A stretch of DNA of 10,880 bases. Origin: Candidatus Hadarchaeota archaeon. GTDB lineage: Archaea > CAYQAE01 > CAYVLA01. Below are positions 1 to 7,700 of the stretch, piece by piece. The stretch spans positions 1-10,880 of the forward strand of contig CAYVLA010000113.1 in assembly GCA_964452145.1 (NCBI GenBank). The letters are read 5' to 3'. The stretch's first letter is position 1; every line of letters begins with the position of its first letter. Under the pieces are notes generated by a model, which worked only from the letters and a program-made list of their open reading frames with translations, was not told where the DNA came from and made no database searches. Position numbers and translations under genes: made by a program.

Positions 1-814
1 GGTGGCGGGCAATCCGGACTGGGGCCGGACACCGGTTGGGGATACCCTACCTGTGGAAACGGTCCCTGGGGCATACGAAGGCGGCAAGGCTATCATCCTC
101 GATAACACCCACGTCTTCATCAGAAGCCTCCCCTGGAGCCCGGACCTGTATTTCCTCACAAGGTACGATTCCAATGTGGTCCATGCCAGAGCGGGTGCCA
201 GGGTTCTGGCCGTGGTTGCGATCGACAGCGGGCAGCACCGGGGCTATGACAATCCATTCTTCTCAACGTGGGAGTACCATAATGGAACAATCTTCGCAAT
301 GACGGGTGATTGGACGCCGGGGGGCGGCAGCGCCTTCCTACAGTGGGAGTACTATCCGGACTTTGCCACCAACCTGATGCTGTACTGCGCGAAGCGCCAG
401 ATACCTGAGGACCTGAACCTGGTCCACACCGTCAGGACCCAGATGTCCAACCTGGGTTACAGGAGGATCATTCTCTCGTCTTTGATGGACTTTGTCGAGA
501 AGTTCGGCGCAAACCCTGCCCGCATACTGACGGTCTTGGAGGAGGCGGACCAGGCCAAGTGCGAGGCAGATGATCTCTATCTCCATCAGGATTTCCAGGC
601 GGCCCTCTCCAAGATAGGGGTGGCATCGGAGCTGCTGGACCGGGCGGAGGAGGTTGCCGACAAGGTCAAAAACGAGGCCCTGCTGTGGGTGTACGTATCG
701 GAGTGGCTCTCCGTCACGGCCACCTCGCTTCTGTGCGGCTTTCTGGTCTGGACCCTGATGATCAGGCGCAGGCTGTACCGAGAGGTGGGTTTGACCCAGT
801 TCCGCGATTGCTAG
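1..814 (+). CDS. C-terminal part of a membrane-anchored surface protein (5' end outside window); paralogue of the 1064-2305 gene
   Basis: Frame is open from the window edge to TAG 812-814. It ends in a helical segment, then a hydrophobic helix (ALLWVYVSEWLSVTATSLLCGFLVWTLMI), then a basic cluster RRRLYREV. It aligns collinearly by eye with the next ORF (YxPD..NLMLY, GAN, YLxQDFxAA, KNxA..W..V.EWL..T.T...W.LM.RRR.YR.V). Confidence 0.85.
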   Translation, partial: VAGNPDWGRTPVGDTLPVETVPGAYEGGKAIILDNTHVFIRSLPWSPDLYFLTRYDSNVVHARAGARVLAVVAIDSGQHRGYDNPFFSTWEYHNGTIFAMTGDWTPGGGSAFLQWEYYPDFATNLMLYCAKRQIPEDLNLVHTVRTQMSNLGYRRIILSSLMDFVEKFGANPARILTVLEEADQAKCEADDLYLHQDFQAALSKIGVASELLDRAEEVADKVKNEALLWVYVSEWLSVTATSLLCGFLVWTLMIRRRLYREVGLTQFRDC

Positions 815-1032
815 ATCCAAGCCCTATCTCCTTCTTCCCTTGAGGCCGGGATTCTCGCCGGGTGCCCACGGGGAGCTAGGTTCAGAGTAGGGGCCGCCTG
901 AGTCACGCCCCGATCTTGGCAAGTGCCATCTCATCGGGCTGCGCGTATTGGTTGGCATCACCCTCCACACATCTGGCTGAGGCACATCTGGTCCGATCCC
1001 CACGGCAGAGATCTCCGACCGGGCATAAGAGA

Positions 1033-1060
1033 TTTACATCAGATGCCTTCGACCGGTCGA
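1033..1060 (+). promoter_or_regulatory. Putative archaeal TATA-like box (TTTACA 1033-1038) plus a perfect 12-bp palindrome TCGACCGGTCGA (1049-1060)
   Basis: AT-rich box preceded by purines (ATAAGAGA), about 26-31 nt upstream of ATG 1064, which fits a near-leaderless transcript. The palindrome ends 3 nt before the ATG. Confidence 0.3.
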
Positions 1061-1063
1061 TTC

Positions 1064-2305
1064 ATGCTGGGTGGATGGACTCCCAGGCCACTCGTGATCT
1101 ATCTTGCGCTCTCCTTACCAGCTCTTACATGTCCGCCGGCCATCGGCGGGGAACCCATCAAGACCCTTCTCATTGGCATGTGTACAGCCGCAGGCTACAC
1201 GAGGATGCTCTTCGACGAAGAACCACTAGTGGACTATACTCCCGTCGTGATTCGCGGCGCGGACTGGGACACCATGATCAGGATGGTCCGCACCTATTTT
1301 CCCCGAACCTATGAAGCGATGCAGAAGTATGACTACATTATGCTCAACTCGCCCGAGTACTACGTCCTCACGGACAGGCAGGACAAATGGATCCACGACA
1401 GAATCGCGGAAGGCGCTGGCGGATGGAACGATGCGAGCGTCTTCAGCCAGATCGCCCAGATACACAACGCCTGGGCAAATTCCCTCGCCCAGAGGGCTTT
1501 CCCAAACGACGCTCCGGCAGTTGTGGCAAGACACGGGGGAGGCATTTCCCCCGTGGAGTACTATACTGTTCGGATAGATGTGGATTTCCCGGACCCGGTT
1601 CTGACCGTCTTCAGGCCCTATGGCGTGGAAAAAGTGGTGGGGTGGACTAGCAGATTCGTAATCGCGAGGGAGGGCGCAGGGATTCTCGCCTACCAGCAAG
1701 GCAATTTTCCGGGTCATGCTGATGTGCCGTTTCTGGTGGTCTGGGACTATGAAAAGGGCAGAACCATGACCTGCGGATCCATGATAGAGCATCCCTGCTG
1801 GCTGGGAAGATACAACCCCTATGCCCCGGATATCGTGGTCAACCTTATGCTCTACACGATGAGGAAGAATCTGATTGCCGATGTGGACGTCTTTCACGCC
1901 CTCAAGGGCGACCTGCGGGGCGTCAGAAACCAACTCTCCTATGTGATATCGGTTATGAACTTTGCGGATAGGCTGGGAGCGAACATCGCCGCAATCCAGG
2001 GGTTAGTGGATTCTGCCCAGGCGCATTGGGAAGGAGCGTCGGAGTCGTATCTCGACCAGGATTTCGATGCTGCTCAAAGACTCCTCAAGGAAGGTTTCGA
2101 GTACCTCAGGAAGGCCGAGAAGGTGGCAATCGAGGAGAAGAACCGAGCAATGTGGTGGATCTTCGTAATCGAGTGGCTGGTTACCACCGGGACTCTGTTC
2201 ATTTCGAGTTACTTATTGTGGTCCCTCATGGTTCGCAGGAGGATGTACAGGGCCGTGAAGACCTCCCGCATCTCTAGGATCCCGTCTGAACCGGAGAGGC
2301 AATAA
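1064..2305 (+). CDS. Secreted, C-terminally membrane-anchored hypothetical protein with a probable class I glutamine-amidotransferase-like (alpha/beta) extracellular domain
   Basis: The track ORF is 923-2305. ATG 1064 is preferred because it gives a signal-peptide-like N-terminus (RPLVIYLALSLPALTCPPAIG); ATG 1043 is an alternative. Segments FPRTYEAMQKYDYIML and PFLVVWDYEKGRTMT resemble GATase-like/DUF1355-type proteins. It has a C-terminal TM helix followed by RRRMYR. Confidence 0.8.
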   Translation: MLGGWTPRPLVIYLALSLPALTCPPAIGGEPIKTLLIGMCTAAGYTRMLFDEEPLVDYTPVVIRGADWDTMIRMVRTYFPRTYEAMQKYDYIMLNSPEYYVLTDRQDKWIHDRIAEGAGGWNDASVFSQIAQIHNAWANSLAQRAFPNDAPAVVARHGGGISPVEYYTVRIDVDFPDPVLTVFRPYGVEKVVGWTSRFVIAREGAGILAYQQGNFPGHADVPFLVVWDYEKGRTMTCGSMIEHPCWLGRYNPYAPDIVVNLMLYTMRKNLIADVDVFHALKGDLRGVRNQLSYVISVMNFADRLGANIAAIQGLVDSAQAHWEGASESYLDQDFDAAQRLLKEGFEYLRKAEKVAIEEKNRAMWWIFVIEWLVTTGTLFISSYLLWSLMVRRRMYRAVKTSRISRIPSEPERQ

Positions 2306-2415
2306 CCAACGGCATCGGGGTCCGGGTTGTCGGGATCCCATCTGCGCCCTTTTCGAGCATCGGGGAGTGACATGTGGCCTGCGACCTGATGCACCCAGCC
2401 ATCCTGCAATACGCA

Positions 2416-2447
2416 TTTATTCGTTCGAACCCAGGCGCTGCCGGAGG
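2416..2447 (+). promoter_or_regulatory. Putative TATA-like box (TTTATT 2416-2421) and SD-like GGAGG (2443-2447) for the heparinase-family gene
   Basis: This is the most AT-rich box in the 2306-2461 intergenic region. The GGAGG lies 14 nt before ATG 2462, a rather long spacing. Confidence 0.3.
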
Positions 2448-2461
2448 CTGACAGGCGTTCT

Positions 2462-4309
2462 ATGCTCGAAGAGCTGGCTCAATCACAGATAGAGGAATGC
2501 CTTGGAAGTTCCTCCGTGTCAGGGATTCCAAGGTACTCAGACCGGGACCGATGGGCAAGCCTTCTCTCGAACCCCATGATGCAGGAGTCCGTTAGGATCC
2601 TTGTGACGGAACTCGACCGCGAACTGGCGGAACCCCTGACCCACGTCCCGGCCTCCCTCTACCTGAACTACTCGAGGACGGGAAACCGAAGCCCGCACGA
2701 TGTGATCATCCATCGTCGAAGGAAGAGGCTGATAGACTTCGTCCTGGGAGAGTGCATGGAGAGAAGCGGCCGATTCATGGACCCGCTGATGGATCATGCA
2801 TGGGCCATATGCGAGGAGACCAGCTGGGTGATCCCGGCACACACGCGCACGACCCTCCCCGATTATTCCGAGCATCCCTACGTGGATCTTGTATCGGCGG
2901 GCACGGCCCTGAGCCTGGCCGAGGCCGCCTATGTCATGGGGCGTCGGCTCGATGATCACGATCCCATGATCGGACGGCGGATCGTGCACGAAATCGATAG
3001 GAGATGTTGGCGTCCCTACCTTGAGCGAAACGATTACTGGTGGCTGTACGCGCGGGAACGGGCGCACGTAAACAACTGGACGGCGGTCTGTAACTGCGGC
3101 GTGGTCGGCTCGGCCCTGCTTCTGATGGCCGATACGCAAGACCTAGCGAGGATGGTGGAGAAGTGCATCCGGTCCATGAACGACTACCTGCGGTGTTTCG
3201 ATCCCGACGGGGGGTCTGACGAGGGCCCGTCTTATTGGGCCTACGGGGTATCCCACTATGTCTGGCTCTCCTATCTGCTGGAGGCCCGAACGGGTGGAAG
3301 GATCGGTCTCATGAATGCCCCCGAGATGCGCAAGATCGCCCTTTTTCCCCAGAGGGTCACGCTCTGCGGACAGAATGTAGCCAACTTCTCGGACTGCCCG
3401 CCGCGGGTGGCCTTTTCGCCCTCCCTGCTCTTCTACATGGGCCAACGTCTAAACATGTCTGGGCTCTGCGCTTTCGCCCAGCGGCAGTACGACCTCGCGC
3501 CTCGAACATCGTGCGGCCTGAGGGACCTGGTCTGGATGCCTAGGGAGCGCTGTGGCGAAGCTTGGCAGAGGGAGATTCACATCTACTACAGCGGTCTGCA
3601 GTGGATGATAGGCCGGGCCGACCCTAGGGATGATGAGTCCCTGGTCCTTGCGGTCAAAGGGGGGCACAACGGGGAGAATCACAACCACAACGACGTGGGC
3701 AACTTCATAGTCTGCTACGGCGGGGAGTCCCTCATCGTTGACCTGGGGTCAGGGACATACACCAGAGATTACTTCGGACCCGGAAGGTATGAGATACTGG
3801 TCAACTCCTCCTGGGGCCACAACGTCCCCTTGGTCAACGGCAAGCAGCAGGCGCCGGGTCCGCAGCACGCTGCAAAGCTCCTGCGACACACTAGTTCCCC
3901 GTCGGAGGACATGCTTGCTCTGGATCTGAAGGATGCCTACCCTGCGGAGGCCGGAATCAGGAGCCTATCCAGGAGCACGAGCCTGCACAGGGATCCAACC
4001 GGGGCCTGGATAGAAGTTGTGGATCGGGTGGAGTTTGCTGAAGGGCCGGGCCAGTACAGGAATCCTCTCTACACCTGGGGAAACGTGACCGTGGGCAGTG
4101 ATCGGACGATTCGAATATCCGGGGACAAGGCCTCCATCAAAGTTGAATTTGATCCCGGAACCGTGGAGGTAGTAATCGAGGAGGTGGGGCCTGGAAACGG
4201 GAAGTTGTCTGATGGCAAAGTGCGGCGCATTGTTCAACAGGTGTCCGTGGCCGAAGGCAACGGAGGGTTCCGGACGAAGATCGTTCCCTCCTTGCCTGAA
4301 GGCTGTTGA
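2462..4309 (+). CDS. Heparinase II/III-family polysaccharide/oligosaccharide lyase
   Basis: 615 aa. Family motifs are present: AICEETSWVIPAH, VDL, NNWTAVCN, DGGSDEGPSYWAYG, NFSD, KGGHNGENHNHNDVGNF, VDLGSGTYTRDYF and HNVPLVNG. No obvious signal peptide. Confidence 0.9.
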   Translation: MLEELAQSQIEECLGSSSVSGIPRYSDRDRWASLLSNPMMQESVRILVTELDRELAEPLTHVPASLYLNYSRTGNRSPHDVIIHRRRKRLIDFVLGECMERSGRFMDPLMDHAWAICEETSWVIPAHTRTTLPDYSEHPYVDLVSAGTALSLAEAAYVMGRRLDDHDPMIGRRIVHEIDRRCWRPYLERNDYWWLYARERAHVNNWTAVCNCGVVGSALLLMADTQDLARMVEKCIRSMNDYLRCFDPDGGSDEGPSYWAYGVSHYVWLSYLLEARTGGRIGLMNAPEMRKIALFPQRVTLCGQNVANFSDCPPRVAFSPSLLFYMGQRLNMSGLCAFAQRQYDLAPRTSCGLRDLVWMPRERCGEAWQREIHIYYSGLQWMIGRADPRDDESLVLAVKGGHNGENHNHNDVGNFIVCYGGESLIVDLGSGTYTRDYFGPGRYEILVNSSWGHNVPLVNGKQQAPGPQHAAKLLRHTSSPSEDMLALDLKDAYPAEAGIRSLSRSTSLHRDPTGAWIEVVDRVEFAEGPGQYRNPLYTWGNVTVGSDRTIRISGDKASIKVEFDPGTVEVVIEEVGPGNGKLSDGKVRRIVQQVSVAEGNGGFRTKIVPSLPEGC

Positions 4310-4467
4310 TGGATTCTGGGGTCGGAGTGTTCACCGTGCTGGAAAACGTGAAGGGTCGTGACATCGCCGTTGCAGGGATTGCCATTGGAATGGCCGCTGC
4401 CCCCACGGCTCACTACAACCTGACGACGGGCGATGAGGACTGTGCGGGTGGAGAGAAGGGAGGAATC

Positions 4468-4791
4468 TTGAAGAGGATACTTTTCGTGTGTACCGGAAAC
4501 GTTGATAGAAGCAGGACGGCCGAAGATCTGGTCTTGCGGAGCGGTGGCTATGAGGTCAGGTCGGCGGGCACCTGGGCGGGTGCGGTGCGCAATCTCTCGA
4601 TGGAGGACATAGAGTGGGCCGATCGGATCTTCGCCATGGAGGACCGCCACAGGGCGACGATCCTGCGCATGGTGCCGGCCGCGCAGGAGAAAATCACGAT
4701 ACTGGGTGTTCCGGACATCTACCGCAGACACGATCCAAAGCTCGTCGAGCTGCTCGAACGCAGGCTTCGCGAAGAGGGTTTGATGCTGTAG
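4468..4791 (+). CDS. Low-molecular-weight protein-tyrosine phosphatase family protein
   Basis: P-loop CX5R motif ILFVCTGNVDRSRTAE, plus VRSAGT, WADRIFAME and VPDIY. TTG 4468 follows GGAGG (4459-4463). An alternative ATG at 4309, overlapping the upstream stop, would add 53 residues that do not look homologous. Confidence 0.9.
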   Translation: MKRILFVCTGNVDRSRTAEDLVLRSGGYEVRSAGTWAGAVRNLSMEDIEWADRIFAMEDRHRATILRMVPAAQEKITILGVPDIYRRHDPKLVELLERRLREEGLML

Positions 4792-4860
4792 GTAATCTCA
4801 GCTCGGTCAGGCACGGCGGTAACAGGTGTCCTCCTCGTTGATTCCACCAAGTCGGGCGGG

Positions 4861-5460
4861 GGAGAAGTCTGCGGGGATCTAGTCCTGCGCTCTGAACACG
4901 ATTGGGTGAACCGCGAACTCGAGTTCTTCCACGGCAACTTGGTTGGCTGCATGGCGCAGCCCACTGGCTCTCGGCCTGTCAACGTGATCTCGGTCTACAG
5001 CCCTGCTTGGCCTGTTGACAGGGAGAGGCTCAGGGGCATTCATGTCACAGGTGTGAAGCTTGAACAGAATCCTGAAGTCTGGGTCACTGAGATCATCTGG
5101 TCGGCCTTGGTGAAGGCCAATCCGGGAAGGGATGAGAGGTGGATTGTTGGGGGGGACTTCAACGCATCGGAGACATTCGACTATCTGTGGAGAGAGGGCC
5201 CGAGGGGGAACCGGGAGTTCCTCGACCGAATGGGGAACCTGGGTTTCATAGAGGGTCTCAGGGAACACTGCCGGGAGCTTGCTCCGACTTTCCGTGATCC
5301 AAGGTCAGGGCAGGTGGTGCACCAGATGGATCACCTCTTCGTAACACCTGTTCTTGCTGCATCTCTCAGGAACTGCAGAACAGGTAACCAAATGGCCATC
5401 TTTGGGGAGGGCCTCAGCGACCACCTACCCATAATCGCGGATTTCGAGGATGGTGACTAA
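4861..5460 (+). pseudogene. Endonuclease/exonuclease/phosphatase (EEP) family protein, apparently N-terminally truncated
   Basis: C-terminal EEP motifs are intact: ISVYSP, IVGGDFN, PTF, QMDHLFV, SDHLPIIADF. The N-terminal (S/T)WN and xLQE motifs are absent from the open frame 4792-5460. The first usable start is GTG 4906, without an evident SD. The left boundary is approximate. Confidence 0.7.
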
Positions 5461-5505
5461 GGATCCGGGATGTTCCCTAATCGGAACGCTCTTGGGTGAT
5501 TTGGT

Positions 5506-6324
5506 TTGGCCGAGCGACAAGAAGGGACGGGTTTTAGAGGGTTGCTGTACAACCCGGACTACGAGAATGAGGTGATCGTTCTCCTCGGGATGCTGCTCCA
5601 GCACCTCGACGATGAGTTCAGGGTCGACACCTTCAGCGGCGATTTCCCCGACTGCATCGCGTTCAGGAACGGCAGGCCGGTGGGCATCGAGTTCGAGACC
5701 AAGGCCAGTCACTTCTTCGACCACAGACACGATAGAGATCCGTGCTTGGACAAGTGCGAGATGATCGTGTGCTGGACAAATGACCTCGAAGGGTCTTTGA
5801 TGGTCAAAGGAGAAGGGAAGGCTTCTGGAATTGAGAGGACGATCGAAGTGTTGGAGCTTTCAAGGATCCTGAGGGAGAAGAAGCTTGACCTGGTCTTGGG
5901 GGGGCCAAGACCCTCCAAACTTGGAGGGTGGTCTTCAGAGGAGTTCTACAAGAGGCTTAGGGACAACGTTGGGGAGAGAAGGTGCCGCTGGGTCGTGAAG
6001 CTGATCAGATTGTGCGAGGAGTCCGACGAGTTCATCTTGGCACCTGGCAAGGGCAAGAAGAAGGCTACCGTGGGTTTCCACGTAAGGAAGTGGCTGAGTA
6101 GAGGCATCGGTGTGCCCACGCCTATCCAGTTCTACGAGTCCGGGTCATGCGTCTTCGACTGCGAGAACATGCCGGAGCCCATAGCGACCGAACTCAGGAC
6201 AAGGACCGACGCTCCCAGGAGAAGGTCGGGAGGCTGGAAACGGTGGTACGAGAAGAAAGTGGACGACGAAGAGTCTTTCAAGATGGTCAGGGAAGCTCTT
6301 CAATGGCTGATTCACTCAATCTGA
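5506..6324 (+). CDS. PD-(D/E)XK restriction-endonuclease-like nuclease with an additional C-terminal domain
   Basis: TTG start after SD GGTGAT (5495-5500). Motif series ENEVIVL...FPDCIA...VGIEFETKAS.F..H.HD...C.MIVCW gives the E / PD / ExExK catalytic pattern. The C-terminal ~130 aa (from WSSEEFY) form a separate, basic domain. Confidence 0.8.
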   Translation: MAERQEGTGFRGLLYNPDYENEVIVLLGMLLQHLDDEFRVDTFSGDFPDCIAFRNGRPVGIEFETKASHFFDHRHDRDPCLDKCEMIVCWTNDLEGSLMVKGEGKASGIERTIEVLELSRILREKKLDLVLGGPRPSKLGGWSSEEFYKRLRDNVGERRCRWVVKLIRLCEESDEFILAPGKGKKKATVGFHVRKWLSRGIGVPTPIQFYESGSCVFDCENMPEPIATELRTRTDAPRRRSGGWKRWYEKKVDDEESFKMVREALQWLIHSI

Positions 6325-6332
6325 CCTGCGAG

Positions 6333-6995
6333 CTATGTCATGCCGGAAGTGTACCTCAGGTAGTTGTACTCATCGACGATTTTGGCCAGCGTTCTCCCGG
6401 CGCATAGGTTAGATATCTCCTTGGCTGCTTGTATGAATGTCACCTTGCGTTCCTCTGCGTATGTCGTTACGGCCTCTCTGGCTAGCTCTGCCATCCTCGG
6501 GATGAAGGAGTACACATAGCCGTACGGATCTTTTTCGATGCCGTATGATTCTCTTATGGCATTGTCCCACATCACGAACAGCTTGGGAAGAACCATGTGG
6601 AGTGTCTTGGACGCGGCGACGTCTCTGAACCGGCTCCCGATCGCGGAGAAGTCCCTGAATAGCTGGGTCATCGCCTTCGCGAGGCTCACGCCAAGGCCTT
6701 CGACCATCCTCTCCTGGTCCTTCTCAAAGTTCTCCAGGCAGTAGGGTGATAGTGCCGAGATGGTCTGCTTGCGGTGTTGGAAAGTGTCCCGCAGGGCTGT
6801 GGCCAGTTCACTTGTTGGGGGTATCCTGCACGACCATCTGTTGAGGAAGCCGATCACCTCCTCCTTGATCTCCTCATCGTCAAGCTCGTCCAGCCGAGAC
6901 CAGTCGGTCTTCCGGGCCCTGATCCACGCCCAGTCATATGTTGCTTCGGAGGTGCGGAAGACGCGGGAAGCTTCAACCAGCTCGGCGTAGTGCAA
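6333..6995 (-). CDS. Hypothetical alpha-helical protein resembling HhH DNA-glycosylase-like families
   Basis: 220 aa with a TTG start 12 nt after the upstream stop. Conserved-looking blocks: FLNRWSCR, IGSRFRDVAASKTLHMVLPKLFVMWDNAIR (HhH-like turn, then Lys, then Asp, the order seen in OGG/EndoIII-type enzymes) and TLAKIVDEYNY. The CDS itself is confident; the function is tentative. Confidence 0.65.
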   Translation of the reverse strand: MHYAELVEASRVFRTSEATYDWAWIRARKTDWSRLDELDDEEIKEEVIGFLNRWSCRIPPTSELATALRDTFQHRKQTISALSPYCLENFEKDQERMVEGLGVSLAKAMTQLFRDFSAIGSRFRDVAASKTLHMVLPKLFVMWDNAIRESYGIEKDPYGYVYSFIPRMAELAREAVTTYAEERKVTFIQAAKEISNLCAGRTLAKIVDEYNYLRYTSGMT

Positions 6996-7007
6996 TTTCG
7001 CATCATC

Positions 7008-7700
7008 TCACAGGGGCCGGACGAGCTCTCTCAGTTCACCCAAGAAACAGGAGTCGAGATCGCCGGAGACGTGGTTAACGTTCCACAACCCGGAGTCCCT
7101 GACCTCCCGGCTGGCACAGCAACGGCCAAGCCACCTCTCTGAAGCTCGGTCGATCGGTTCGGGGCGCTGGTAGTTGCTCAGAAGTGCGATCGAGTTGGAC
7201 TCCAATGATGCCCTCATGCTGCATGGGCCCGGTGTGTCATCGACCTTCAGCCAGAGGAAGGGCATTTGCCCGATATAGCGGCTGACCTCTATCTCGATGG
7301 GCCGGTCCTTCTGGCGAATCCGGCGAGGTGCAGAGGATCCTCGATCCCATTCCTTGTAGTCGTCGGCTCTCTTTGTCCTGTTCAGGATGGCGGTGCCGAC
7401 GTGCTTGCGGAAGATAGATGCCCTGTGGTTTCCGGTTCCGTTCGTCCTTCCCCGGTGTGTGGCCAGTCTGTGCCAGAGGGTTGTCTTGCTGCCTGGCCTG
7501 AGTGCGTGCGTGCCGACCCTCACGACCCTAGGTGTCTTGCCGTCTTCTCGGAACTCGCCTTGTTCAAAGAAGAAGTAGACGCCTCGCTGTGGCCAGTCCA
7601 TCCTGCCGTGACAGTCTTTGAGCAGTCTCGGGCCGCCCGTGGACTCTCTCAGCTCATCCAGGATGCCGTAGAACCGGTCTAGGTCTTTCCTTCTGTTCAT
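7008..7700 (-). CDS. GIY-YIG-like nuclease family protein
   Basis: The true start is probably ATG 7700 (MNRRKDLDRFY), overlapping the upstream TGA as ATGA; 230 aa. It has GVYFFFE...RVVRVG as the GIY/YIG-equivalent strands, LWHRLATH as the Arg helix, LESNSIALLS as the Glu helix, and a terminal GLWN. Confidence 0.75.
   Translation of the reverse strand: MNRRKDLDRFYGILDELRESTGGPRLLKDCHGRMDWPQRGVYFFFEQGEFREDGKTPRVVRVGTHALRPGSKTTLWHRLATHRGRTNGTGNHRASIFRKHVGTAILNRTKRADDYKEWDRGSSAPRRIRQKDRPIEIEVSRYIGQMPFLWLKVDDTPGPCSMRASLESNSIALLSNYQRPEPIDRASERWLGRCCASREVRDSGLWNVNHVSGDLDSCFLGELRELVRPL

Noticed and set aside
923..1063. N-terminal extension of the 923..2305 ORF
   Set aside because: The His/Trp-rich sequence does not look protein-like, and it would bury the signal-peptide-like segment and the putative promoter.
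4306..4467. N-terminal extension of the LMW-PTP via the TGATG overlap with the heparinase stop
   Set aside because: LMW-PTPs begin just before the ILFVC strand, and TTG 4468 has a clear GGAGG. The extension is not excluded but is unsupported.
338..4731. Long antisense and alternate-frame ORFs (338-820, 1226-1933, 2537-3139, 4234-4731 and others)
   Set aside because: They are shadows of well-supported plus-strand genes in GC-rich DNA and carry no recognisable motifs.
4468..4791. Arsenate reductase arsC
   Set aside because: It has only the P-loop Cys (CTGNVDR). The additional redox cysteines of thioredoxin-coupled ArsC are absent, and no ars genes lie nearby.
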